Part shown: positions 25,351-37,437 of the stretch, piece by piece | Layout of the letters: each line of letters opens with the position of its first letter | Position numbering within the stretch: the stretch's first letter is position 1 | Assembly: GCF_001194135.2 (NCBI RefSeq) | Contig: NC_068986.1 | Coordinates: forward strand, 89,484,847-89,526,602 | Length of the DNA stretch: 41,756 nucleotides | Direction of reading: 5' to 3' | DNA from: Octopus bimaculoides | Taxonomy: Eukaryota | Position numbers and translations under genes: made by a program | Notes under the pieces: model-generated | The model's input: the letters and a program-made list of their open reading frames with translations, nothing else | Told to the model about the DNA's origin: nothing | The model's database searches: none

Positions 25351-25652
25351 TTGATGATGATGAAGATGATGAGGACGACGACGACGACGACAGTAATGAT
25401 GATGATGACGACGACAGCGATGATGATGATGATGATGATGATGATAATGATGATGATGATGATGACGACGGTGATGATGACGGCGATGCTGAGGCTGTTG
25501 ATATTGATGATGATTATAACAACGATGATGATGACAGCGGCGACGACATTGATGAGGACGACGACAACGACGACGATGATGATGAGGATGATAAGGATAA
25601 TGATGATGAGGAGGAGGAAGAGGAGGATAAAGATGATGATGATGATGATAAC

Positions 25653-25692
<40 letters not shown>

Positions 25693-25750
25693 GTGATAAA
25701 TCTGTTAATGATGATGAGGCTGTTGATGAGATGCTCGTGATGAAGATGAG
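25060..25750. repeat. Long imperfect (GAT/GAC)n tract
   Basis: Direct reading; source of the poly-Met ORF. Confidence 0.95.
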
Positions 25751-25759
25751 GCGCATAAC

Positions 25760-26765
25760 TATTTGGTGTCCTTGTGCGCTAATGTAAGTATGTCTTTGTG
25801 CTTCTTTTTAGATTTTTTGGGGTAGGGTTGGCGAGCTGAGGAGGAAATTGAGCTGCAGAATATGGATGAAAATAAACTGAGGTGACTGGAAACGTGTGTA
25901 ATTACGAGACCTTGAGGGGTAGAATGAAACAGAGTGATGTTACAACCAATGGTGTTACTTATGTTATGCTCTTGGCTACTTATTCTCAGCCATAGAATGG
26001 TTCTCGGCCATAGAATCAAACGTATTCCAAACATTACCATTGTGTCTGAAAAAGGTATCTAGAATTTCATATTGTAACGTGCCCTTCCCCACTTTGAAGA
26101 CCATGGGGAGAGGGATTTTAAGGAGATTTATATGCTGTTTGTTGTAAATCGTGCAACCACGCAATTGCCTGGGAAATGATGAAGAGTTAATGAAGGTGGG
26201 TAGAGTGATTTTTGATAAACAATAGTAATGCAGAGTGGAAAATAGCTTATTGGGATGATGTAAAATGGAGTAGAGTGCTCTTTAGGAGTGAGGTATTGTG
26301 AGGTCGTGTGGAATACAGGTAAGTGAAATTGAATTCAGATGATTCATGCCAAGTAAAATGTAGTTTAGTAAAGTTCAGAGTAAAAGGAGACATGTCAAGA
26401 AATTCACCGACCACCAACATTAAACATCAAACAGTCATTGGAGTGAAGGTGCAAACGTTCCGGCAGTTCAAGATGTTCCGGTGCAAGAATTCGTTTTGAA
26501 TGAATAAAGTTTTGCACGGCAATGAATCCACTTTGAGCACAATAAGCTATAATGCCAGTGGTACAACGGAGGCTGAGACGACTGCACAAGCCATCTGCAC
26601 CTCTATTTTGCTCAATTCTTAATTTACCTTCTCCTGGAAGAGATTATAACGAGAACTAGGCGTCCTTCACTCCTAGTGGTTTACATGCTAATTGACTCAT
26701 ATCTTGGGACTCCATTACGATTGAGAGTAGGCCTGGAAATGGTAATGGCCAAAAGGTTGTTGCAT
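25760..26765 (-). mobile_element. Possible decayed PLE reverse-transcriptase remnant
   Basis: Minus-strand pieces appear in PLE-RT order: LPFPGLLSIVM..DMSQL; LNFTKLHFTWHESSEFNFTYL; STLLHFTSSQ; IISQAI; KKHKDILTL. Many stops. Confidence 0.4.
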
Positions 26766-26956
26766 NNNNNNNNNNNNNNNNNNNNNNNNNNNNNNNNNNN
26801 NNNNNNNNNNNNNNNNNNNNNNNNNNNNNNNNNNNNNNNNNNNNNNNNNNNNNNNNNNNNNNNNNNNNNNNNNNNNNNNNNNNNNNNNNNNNNNNNNNNN
26901 NNNNNNNNNNNNNNNNNNNNNNNNNNNNNATATATATATATATATATATATATATA

Positions 26957-27125
26957 GGCACAAGAGAGTCTGTGTAGTAGGAAGCTTGCTTTCCAATCAC
27001 ATGCTTGTGGATTCATTCCCACTGGGTGGCACCACCCTAGACCAAGTGTCTTTTACTATAGTTTCTGGTTGACCAAAGCCTTGTAATCGGATCGGGAAAC
27101 TGAAAGAAGCCCATTGTGTGCGTGT
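26957..27125 (+). mobile_element. SINE family 3 head and body
   Basis: GTAGGAAGCTTGCTTTCCAATCAC..GGATTCATTCCC..GACCAAGTGTCTTTTACTATAG..GACCAAAGCCTTGT..GGAAACTGAAAGAAGCCC. Confidence 0.6.
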
Positions 27126-27127
27126 AG

Positions 27128-27128
27128 T

Positions 27129-27207
<79 letters not shown>
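27128..27207. repeat. (GATA)n microsatellite
   Basis: Direct reading. Confidence 0.95.
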
Positions 27208-27464
27208 GGCACATTGTTAACTCAAGACTATGGAAGAAGATGCATGCAGAAGGTCCTTTAAGGTGGGATCAATCTCAGAATAACGTAAATATAAGACGAA
27301 TTTCTTAACGTTACAGCCTTCTTAGAAGATTTCACTCATCGCCAGAGATTAAGGTGACAGGACATATCAAATGTCTATTGTCATAATACCTAATACATCA
27401 CCTATAATAGCATTATAGGTAGAAAGATGTATATATATAAGTATATACATATATAAATGCATAC

Positions 27465-27557
<93 letters not shown>

Positions 27558-27581
27558 GTTGATAGATAAATTGATAAATAT

Positions 27582-27620
<39 letters not shown>

Positions 27621-27929
27621 CCCGATGACAAGGCTAACGTCGTGTGTTCGTACGCCTTAAATACATACATGCACACCTAAACACACACACACACACATGC
27701 ACATACACACACACAGATACACACACACAGATACACACACACACATATATATATATACATACATATGCATACATACATAAACATATATATGAAATATATG
27801 GGAGAAATAAACAGCACCGAAAAGACTTAACTTTCGATAAATCTTTTCCTCGCGTAATTCTCTGGCAAACTCTTCAGCAATTTGGTCAGAATATACTGAT
27901 TTAAAATTTTGGCAAAGGTTCGGCATTTT

Positions 27930-28088
27930 CGGGAGAAATTGGTACTCAACTGGTACTTACTTTATTGACACCTAAATTACAAAAGGCAAAGTCGTTACCG
28001 GTGGCATTTGAACTGAGAACATAAAGACGGACGAAATACCGCTAAATATTTTGCCCAGCGAGGTAACGATTCTGCCAGCTCGCCGCCC
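27930..28088 (-). mobile_element. SINE family 1 (diverged)
   Basis: ACTGGTACTT..AAAGGCAAAGTCG..TTTGAACTGAGAAC..GATTCTGCCAGCTCGCCGCC. Confidence 0.75.
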
Positions 28089-28099
28089 AAAATTTGGTC

Positions 28100-28844
28100 G
28101 GAGAATATTCTTTTCTACTCTAGGCACAAGGCCCGAAATTTTGGGGGAGGGGGGCCAGTCGGTTAGATTGACCCCAGTACGCAACAGGTACTTAATTTAT
28201 CAACCCCGAAAGGATGAAAGGCAAAGTTGACCTAAGCGGAATTTGAACTCAGAACATAAAGACAGACGAAATACCGCTAAGCATTTCGCCCAGCGTGCTA
28301 ACGTTTCTTATTTCTTTATTGCCCACAAGGGGCTAAACATAGAGGGGCCAAACTNNNNNNNNNNNNNNNNNNNNNNNNNNNNNNNNNNNNNNNNNNNNNN
28401 NNNNNCGGAGAATATTCTTTTCTACTCTAGGCACAAGGCCCGAAATTTTGGGGGAGGGGGGCCAGTCGGTTAGATTGACCCCAGTACGCAACAGGTACTT
28501 AATTTATCAACCCCGAAAGGATGAAAGGCAAAGTTGACCTAAGCGGAATTTGAACTCAGAACATAAAGACAGACGAAATACCGCTAAGCATTTCGCCCAG
28601 CGTGCTAACGTTTCTTATTTCTTTATTGCCCACAAGGGGCTAAACATAGAGGGGCCAAACTAGGACAATAAAGGGATTAAGTCGATTACATCAACCCCAG
28701 TGCGTGACTGGTACTTAATTTATTGACCTCGAAATGATGAAAGGCAAAGTCGACCTCGGCGGCATTTGAACTCAGAACGTAACGGCAGACGAAATACCGC
28801 TAAGCATATCACCCGGCGTACTAGCGTTTCTGCCAGCTCGCCGT
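28100..28844 (-). mobile_element. Dimeric SINE (monomer 1 plus head-truncated monomer 2) with TSD; 28099-28354 is duplicated across the gap
   Basis: Junction CGTGCTAACGTTTC|TTATTTCTTTATTGCC. CCAAAATTTGGTC occurs at 28087-28099 and 28845-28857. Confidence 0.85.
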
Positions 28845-29499
28845 CCAAAATTTGGTCAGAAAAATATTGAAATACAAACACAGCAAAACATTACAACTTT
28901 TATGAATTTTAAATGTCATTATTATTGCTGTGTAGTGTGGTGAGCAAGGGCTGTCATATCTTCTAGCTGGAGCGAAGTTTATTATTTTTCTGTCAGTATT
29001 TTCTTTTGCTGTTGAGTCCTTTTTATTTCATTACCATAATTTTTTATGATTAGATTGATTATTATATTCGTGAAGCTTTCACAATAAACACATACACAAA
29101 TACATTGATCCCTGGACAGCCACAGAAGTTATTTCAAACACATACATATACGCACACACACACACACACACACACATACACACACGTATGCATGTATGTA
29201 TGTATAAATATGTAGCTTACTTGCGCCTGCTGTTGCTACGGAGGCGGGGAGAGACTCCTTTGTAGTTTAAGCTTTAAGCATGTTGAGAAATTTATAATTA
29301 CATTAAACAATGAGGAGCAAACATACATTTCAATATAATGTTTCTTATTGATTACCAACATCACAAAAGACTAGTAGCCCCAATACTTCTACCACCACAA
29401 GAAACATTACCATCATTACAACCAGTAGAACAACCAGCTCCACCACCACCACCACCTTCACTAATCGTCAAGTTTATTCAGTTTTCAATGTCTATATAC

Positions 29500-29555
<56 letters not shown>

Positions 29556-30071
29556 ATATATATATTCGCCATGATAGANNNNNNNNNNNNNNNNNNNNNN
29601 NNNNNNNNNNNNNNNNNNNNNNNNNNNNNNNNNNNNNNNNNNNNNNNNNNNNNNNNNNNNNNNNNNNNNNNNNNNNNNNNNNNNNNNNNNNNNNNNNNNN
29701 NNNNNNNNNNNNNNNNNNNNNNNNNNNNNNNNNNNNNNNNNNNNNNNNNNNNNNNNNNNNNNNNNNNNNNNNNNNNNNNNNNNNNNNNNNNNNNNNNNNN
29801 NNNNNNNNNNNNNNNNNNNNNNNNNNNNNNNNNNNNNNNNNNNNNNNNNNNNNNNNNNNNNNNNNNNNNNNNNNNNNNNNNNNNNNNNNNNNNNNNNNNN
29901 NNNNNNNNNNNNNNNNNNNNNNNNNNNNNNNNNNNNNNNNNNNNNNNNNNNNNNNNNNNNNNNNNNNNNNNNNNNNNNNNNNNNNNNNNNNNNNNNNNNN
30001 NNNNNNNNNNNNNNNNNNNNNNNNNNNNNNNNNNNNNNNNNNNNNNNNNNNNNNNNNNNNNNNNNNNNNNN

Positions 30072-30105
<34 letters not shown>

Positions 30106-30296
30106 CTGTGTGTCTGTGTGTGTCTGTGTGTGTGTCTGTGTGTGTGTCTGTGTGTGTGTGTGTGTGTGCGCGCGCGTATGCGTACTTAACGGAATAATTT
30201 GCCCAGTTCTATCACTGCCACTAGGACCACCAACGATAGCCTTATTGCCATTAAATATTCCCAGTAGCAACAAGACAATCACAACGGTCAATAATC

Positions 30297-30727
30297 TCCT
30301 TTTCTACTCTAGACACAAGGCCCGAAATTTTGGGGGAGGGGGCCAGTCTTTTGGACCGACCCCAGTACGCAACTGGTACTTAATTTATCGACCCTGAAAG
30401 GTTGAAAGGCAAAGTCGACCTTGGCAGAATTTGAACTCAGAACCTATAAACAGACGAAAAACCGCTAAGCATTTCGCCCGGCGTGCTAACGTTTCTTATT
30501 TCTTTATTGCCTACAAACGGCTAAACATAGAAGGGATAAACAAGGACAGACAAAGGAATTAAGTCGATTACATCGACCCCTGTGCGTGACTGGTACTTAA
30601 TTTATTGACCCCGAAAAGATGAAAGGCAAAGTCGACCTTGGCAGAATTTGAACTCAGAACCTATAAAGAGACGAAATACCGCTAAGCATTTCGCCCGGCG
30701 TGCTAACGTTTCTGCCAGCTCGCCGCC
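30297..30727 (-). mobile_element. Dimeric SINE, second copy
   Basis: Same two-monomer layout and the same junction sequence (30482-30510) as the 28.4-28.8 kb copy. Confidence 0.85.
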
Positions 30728-31034
30728 TTGCAAACGCCAATAACATCATCAACCATCACCATCAACAACATCGCTATGACTAATATCACCAACAGCAATA
30801 CCACGACCATCACCACTGTCGTTGTTGCCGCCACCAAGAGCACCAACACGTTCATCATTACTCACACCACAACTGACCACCGCCGGACAGTTTCACTCCA
30901 CCGCCTGGGTGACTTTTACTGGAATCCTCTCTGTTACAGGTAATTGGACTACCTGTCCAGATTAAGAAAACCTTTCACCGTTCCATTAGTCTTTGAGGCC
31001 CTGGAAAGAGCCATGCACACACTACCCCTTCTCG

Positions 31035-31261
31035 GGCGAGCTGGCAGAATCGTCAGCACGTCGGCGAAATGCTTAGCGGTATTTCATCTGTTGCTACGTT
31101 CTGAGTTCAAATTCCGCCGAGGTTGACTTTGCCTTTCATCCTTTCGGGGTCGATTAAATAAGTACCAGTTACGCACTGGGGTCGATATAATCGACTTAAT
31201 CCGTTTGTCTGTCCTTGTTTGTCCCTTCTGTGTGTAGCCCCTTTTGGGTAGTAAAGAAATA
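31035..31261 (+). mobile_element. SINE family 1 monomer 1 with a perfect 17-bp TSD
   Basis: ACACACTACCCCTTCTC at 31017-31033 and 31262-31278; complete head, B box, and tail ending AAAGAAATA. Confidence 0.92.
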
Positions 31262-31299
31262 ACACACTACCCCTTCTCCTCTCTAGGTGATAAGAGAAT

Positions 31300-32240
31300 G
31301 TCTTCTTCACCACCACCACCTCCATTCATAATACCATCATTGTCATCTATACAACCATCGCCACCAATACCACTACCACCAATATCACCATTACCACTAC
31401 CATCTATGCCATCANNNNNNNNNNCGCCACCAATACCACTACCACCAATATCACCATTACCACTACCATCTATGCCATCATCGCTAACACCGTCACCACG
31501 ACCGTCACCATCACCACCATCTCCACTACCATCGTTACCAGTATCACCTGCACATTACCATCGTCACCACCATCATCACCACCCTCATCACCACCATCAC
31601 CACCACCATCATTACTATCACCACTAATGCCACCATCTTCATCACACTACCATCACTGCCACCATCGCACCACCACCACCACCATCATCACTTATACTAC
31701 CCTCTCTATCACCTGTATCACGATCACTATCACCGACATCAAACCTTAATACCACCACCACCACTTTCACCCATACCAACAACACTGTCACTAAAGCCAT
31801 TGCCTCTAATCACTAAAAACCGCTACCAATACTACCATCAGCAGACTCATCACTACCACCTACACCTCGGTCAGCACCATCACTATCAACACAACCACCG
31901 CCATCAACATCACCACCACCAACAACAACAACACAACTAATTACCAGCACCACAGAACACCAGTAACCCCAATACCATTATTAGCGACATCATCATCACC
32001 ACAGCCAGTACTACCATCAGCACCTACCACCACCATCACCACACCATCCCCACTATTACCAGTATTCACAACATCCCTAACACCGCTAACCCAGATACTA
32101 TCGCCAAACTAACAGTACCGCCACTAGTATTACCACCACCATCACCACTGTCAACACCACCAACAACACCACCACCACCACCATCAACACCAATACTGCA
32201 CTCACTCCACCACCACCACCACATCCCACCACTTCAACGC
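31300..32240. repeat. Cryptically simple (CAC/CAT/AAC)-rich low-complexity tract
   Basis: Direct reading. Confidence 0.85.
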
Positions 32241-33039
32241 ATGGAAATTCTGTCACAAACAATAAGCTGTTTCGTTTTCAAGCACTTAAAATATGACATT
32301 TGTTAATCAACAACAGGGCTACAATAATTAGTGGAAATTGATTAACACTTACAAACAACTACAAACAAATAAACAAATAAACAAATAGGCAAACAATAAA
32401 TAACAAGCAACAATATAAAATATAACAACAACCAACACAAAAAACAAACATAATTATAACAACAACAACAATGTAACAACAGCTAATTGCGGGCACATGG
32501 ATGGCCACGTGGTAAAGCAGTTCTCTTCGTAACAACGGGGTTCAGCATTCTATTCCCACAATGGCCACACCGGTTTCGGCGGAATTTTTTTTTTATTGTC
32601 CTATGCGGTTTTTGTTTTGTATTTTTTTACATTCACTTTGAATCGACCGAAGAATTATGTTTAAAATTGAGTGGTTGGAAACAAGGCTGTGGGAGAGTAC
32701 CTGAGTGGTAGGCCTGGTTTATTCTCAAGTTTAACACTACCACGTGGTTTCTGGAGTACGTTTAGTGGAGTTCTCTATAATACAAGACTTCCAGCTCTCT
32801 TGTATGAAGTTAACTAGATATTTCCATATGCTTCTGTTCCCTACAATAGTAACCCATCCATCAGTTGTTATTTCATGCGTCCGTGCACCCATAGAAAAGA
32901 GACAGACGCACATCCACAAACATACGCGCACGCACGCACACACACACACACACACACATACATACATACAGTCACTCACTCATACATACGCGCACGCACA
33001 CCTATACACACATTCCACACACGCACGCACACACCATAA

Positions 33040-34000
33040 GTGGGGGATTCTCATGCGCAGACAGGTGCTGATGTTGCGTCACTTGCAACGAATTCTGGAC
33101 GATGAACGTGTGTGGGCTCCGTTTGCGAGGCACGTCGACCCGCAGCCCTGAGTGAAGGAAAGAACAAGACTGAGCACTTGATACATTGACTGTTGTCATG
33201 CGCTCACAGCCTTCAACCAGACGGGCAATGGAACTGGTAGATGTCCCACTTTGGCAATATATAGAGGATTAGTGGAGTAGAAGTGCGACGAGTTCTCGGG
33301 GGAACTCTGGGTCTCGAAGAAAGCGAACTGGCTAGTCTGTAATTGGGGACTACCATGAGTTATTTTCAGAAGTCTTTGGCTCGGCAATAATACCAGGGAG
33401 CGCTACCGGTAGAAATAAACTCTGCAGACACGAATTTGTTGTCAGACGGGTTTTTTCGAGGTACGCAAAGTGACGATGCCGTTCCATATACATTTGTTCG
33501 ATCTCCGAGCATTGTTACCTTACGGAGTTATGTCTAACAGTTGTTGTCGCGTTTGGGACGGATCCGTTCATCGGTTGAGTCCCCAGTGATGATTGTCCCG
33601 TCACCCTCTGTTAATCTAACAGGAAAGGTCGTCTGGCGGAGTGGTCGAGGTTGAAATGCTCGAGGACAAAGACATTCCTCTTTGGTAGAGCCCTCATCGG
33701 CTTTCCGAAGTTCGAATTGAAAAGGAAAGTGAGGGTGGGTAAGGAGGTACTGTCCTCGGGGTGAATATATTAAAAGGTGGGTGGAGGTTTCAAAAATGGC
33801 AACAGTGGATGGTACCACACTGAGTATAGACCTATGAGTCAGAGAACAGGGATAGGTGTAGGCACTTGCCCTTGGTGTTCAGAGACATCTTTGATGGTGA
33901 GGTCTCGACGAGTGTTTCTAGAATTCCTTTGTCAGGGGGAATCTGATCATCATCTTCTTTCGGTTTTTCTTTTTTTTGACTGATGTATATTATGTATATT
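33040..34000 (+). mobile_element. Decayed L1/Tx1-like LINE 3' fragment
   Basis: WGILMRRQVLMLRHLQRILDDERVWAPFARH..; PTLAIYRGLVE*KCD..; LGLEESELASL..FQKSLARQ*YQGALPV; KFELKRKVRVGKEVLS..KRWVEVSKM. Homologous to 1135-2152. Confidence 0.7.
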
Positions 34001-34171
34001 TTCCTTCTCTTTTATTGCATACCAAGTACACTTTCTACTTTCTTTTTATGTCAGTTCAGTGAATGTAAATCTTCGCTGTAGTATCGTGGGAGGGGTTAAG
34101 TCGACCCCAGTTTTCGAATGGTACTTATTTCATCGACTAGGAAAGGCCAAGTTGAGCTCGGTGTTATTTGA

Positions 34172-35018
34172 AAAGAAGAAGAAGAAGAAGAAGAAGAAGA
34201 AGAAGAAGAAGAAGAAGAAGAAGGAGGAGAAGAAGAAGAAGAAGAAGAAGNNNNNNNNNNNNNNNNNNNNNNNNNNNNNNNNNNNNNNNNNNNNNNNNNN
34301 NNNNNNNNNNNNNNNNNNNNNNNNNNNNNNNNNNNNNNNNNNNNNNNNNNNNNNNNNNNNNNNNNNNNNNNNNNNNNNNNNNNNNNNNNNNNNNNNNNNN
34401 NNNNNNNNNNNNNNNNNNNNNNNNNNNNNNNNNNNNNNNNNNNNNNNNNNNNNNNNNNNNNNNNNNNNNNNNNNNNNNNNNNNNNNNNNNNNNNNNNNNN
34501 NNNNNNNNNNNNNNNNNNNNNNNNNNNNNNNNNNNNNNNNNNNNNNNNNNNNNNNNNNNNNNNNNNNNNNNNNNNNNNNNNNNNNNNNNNNNNNNNNNNN
34601 NNNNNNNNNNNNNNNNNNNNNNNNNNNNNNNNNNNNNNNNNNNNNNNNNNNNNNNNNNNNNNNNNNNNNNNNNNNNNNNNNNNNNNNNNNNNNNNNNNNN
34701 NNNNNNNNNNNNNNNNNNNNNNNNNNNNNNNNNNNNNNNNNNNNNNNNNNNNNNNNNNNNNNNNNNNNNNNNNNNNNNNNNNNNNNNNNNNNNNNNNNNN
34801 NNNNNNNNNNNNNNNNNNNNNNNNNNAGAAGAAGAAGAAGAAGAAGAAGAAGAAGAAGAAGAAGAAGAAGAAGAAGGAGGAGGAGGAGGAGGAGAAGAAG
34901 GAGGAGGAGGAGAAGAAGAAGGAGGAGGAGGAGGAGGAGAAGAAGAAGAAGGAGGAGGAGGAGGAGGAGGAGGAGAAGAAGAAGAAGGAGGAGGAGAAGA
35001 AGAAGAAGAAGAAGAAGA
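34172..35018. repeat. (AAG/GAG)n microsatellite around an N gap
   Basis: Direct reading. Confidence 0.95.
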
Positions 35019-35115
35019 AGCAATATGATATACAAAAAGAACAATAACAAGGGGAGAAGGTTCAGAGCACCAACAAGGATATCGAGAGTAAATACACGAT
35101 GATGATTATGGTAAT

Positions 35116-35613
35116 GTGTTATCCTGTACATGTTTTGTCTTGGTATAAAAGATGGGCTACAGCAAATATTCTGTTCAATACCACAGTCTTGCTTGCCAGT
35201 TGCTTGATCTTAACCAGTTGAGCATGTCCCTTAGTGGCTGACGATATGTGCATCTCTGATCACGAGCAGAAGTAGTGCAGGAGTATCATAGCCATGTGTT
35301 GAAAGAAATTCTTTGGGGGTTAAATAATTCACCTCTGGAAAGATGGGTGTTTCGTTCAACATCCTTAAACAGCCATTATTCAGAGACCTTTTGAGCGGGA
35401 TGGGCTACTCGACCTGAAGAAAATTCTAACTGGGCCCCACCTGCGAGGTCATGCACTGTTTATCTCGATACGAGATCACTATGTTGTGCACATGTGGTTG
35501 TGATGCATGTGCCTGGTGTACCCTTATCAGACGGGTAGTCATGATGGATATACTGGGCTTCGTATATTTTACCCCAGTGTCACTTTGATGGCATGCACTG
35601 TTCTCTCACTCAA
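35116..35613 (+). mobile_element. Largest copy (~500 bp) of the non-coding (AAT)n-associated interspersed repeat
   Basis: Homologous to 783-935(-). Ends CTCTCACTCAATAGTAGT, followed by (TAG)n, a gap and (AAT)n. No ORF. Confidence 0.6.
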
Positions 35614-35902
35614 TAGTAGTAGTAGTAGTNNNNNNNNNNNNNNNNNNNNNNNNNNNNNNNNNNNNNNNNNNNNNNNNNNNNNNNNNNNNNNNNNNNNNNN
35701 NNNNNNNNNNNNNNNNNNNNNNNNNNNNNNNNNNNNNNNNNNNNNNNNNNNNNNNNNNNNNNNNNNNNNNNNNNNNNNNNNNNNNNNNNNNNNNNNNNNN
35801 NNNNNNNNNNNNNNNNNNNNNNNNNNNNNNNNNNNNNNNNNNNNNNNNNNNNNNNNNNNNNNNNNNNNNNNNNNNNNNNNNNATAATAATAATAATAATA
35901 AT

Positions 35903-36088
35903 AAGGACTTACAAATATATATAACATACAGAAAATTGCACTACTGGGCACTGCACACATCCTACGCAAAACACTTTCAATACAGTAACCATAAGAGCAT
36001 CACAGCAAACCACAGCACATACCCAAGGCACACAGAGCTGCTCCCAGTAGTGAAGTGAAAGCACGTTATAAAAATAAAACTACTGAAC
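35903..36088 (+). mobile_element. R4/Dong family B 3' fragment
   Basis: GLTNIYNIQKIALLGTAHILRKTLSIQ* plus UTR ending AAACTACTGAAC, set between (AAT)n tracts. Confidence 0.9.
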
Positions 36089-36113
36089 AATAATAATAAT
36101 AATAATGATGATA

Positions 36114-36175
<62 letters not shown>

Positions 36176-36702
36176 AATGATGATGATGATAAATGCGGCT
36201 AACAAAAATTGCACCAAAATACAACATAGACACAGCAAACACTTCATGAGATAAAACAATGTAACGTCAATATGAGCAACACAATATAAAAATCAACATC
36301 AAATGTACAAGGACAACATCGACACATTAATACAAAACACAACACAAAAACAATAATAGTAATACAAGAGCACAGCAACTACAATATCAACAACAAACGA
36401 AAATGTGCACAATGCCATCATCAACAGTAATAGCAACACAGCATAATAACAACTGAAGGACACAAGAACATACCAACAAGGATAACAGCAACAACAATAT
36501 TGAGAACAGCATTAGCAAAACAACATCAATAACAACATACACATCAAAATAATGTTAAAAAGAAAACAACATCCGATAACAGAAGAACACACCAACATCT
36601 ATATCAACATTATAAACATCAATACCAAGACCATGAACAAATATTAACATCAGAAACAACATTAACAACTACAAAAGACATCAACAACAACAACTACAAA
36701 AG

Positions 36703-36734
<32 letters not shown>

Positions 36735-36850
36735 TCAACAAAAACTCAAGCTACACCAACACACAATAAAAAAGCATCATAACAACAACAAAAACTACAA
36801 CAATTACAACAACATTAATAAAACAATATCAAAACATTATAATAATCAAA
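36089..36850. repeat. (AAT/GAT)n followed by a cryptic (AAC)-rich low-complexity tract
   Basis: Direct reading. Confidence 0.85.
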
Positions 36851-37213
36851 GGCGGGAAACATAATTATAATTGCAATTATGATGTCTGCGGTTGTGTTTA
36901 ATTATTAATTAATTAGTCTGCAATCATGAGATTATATTTTAGTAGTTTTTAATTATGTATTTTTGATGTTAATTATGTATTTCTCTTCAACTTGGTTGTT
37001 ATTGTTGTTGTTTATTGTTTAGTGTTGTTGTTTGTTTGTTAATTGTTCCACAAATTATGTATATAATTAGTTTATTGCTGTAACATAATGGCAGGAGAGT
37101 GAATGTTTGAGAGAGGGGAGGAGGAGTGAATATGATGATCACAATTATGATAATAATGGGAAGAAGACGAGGAGAAGGGGCGAGAAGTGGAGATAGGGTG
37201 AGGGAGACGTTGT

Positions 37214-37239
37214 GCAAGAACAAGAACAAGAACAAGAAC

Positions 37240-37315
<76 letters not shown>
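37214..37315. repeat. (CAAGAA)n plus (AAAG)n microsatellite
   Basis: Direct reading. Confidence 0.9.
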
Positions 37316-37406
37316 CTACAAAAGGTCAAGAATAAAAATGATCATCATAATAATAATGAAGATTAATTTAATAATATTGATGTCGGCAATAATAATAATA
37401 ATAATT

Positions 37407-37437
<31 letters not shown>

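Noticed and set aside
25087-25740. 217-aa poly-Met ORF, and similar poly-Ile, Leu, Tyr, His and Gln ORFs elsewhere
   Set aside because: These are translations of (GAT)n, (AAT)n, (CAC)n and (CAG)n tracts; no splice or homology support.
28099-28660. Apparently identical ~255-bp direct duplication on both sides of a short N gap
   Set aside because: Identity flanking a gap is typical of unmerged contig overlap; treated as an assembly artefact rather than a SINE trimer.
31360-31482. Identical ~55-bp duplication across a 10-N gap
   Set aside because: Same unmerged-overlap signature.
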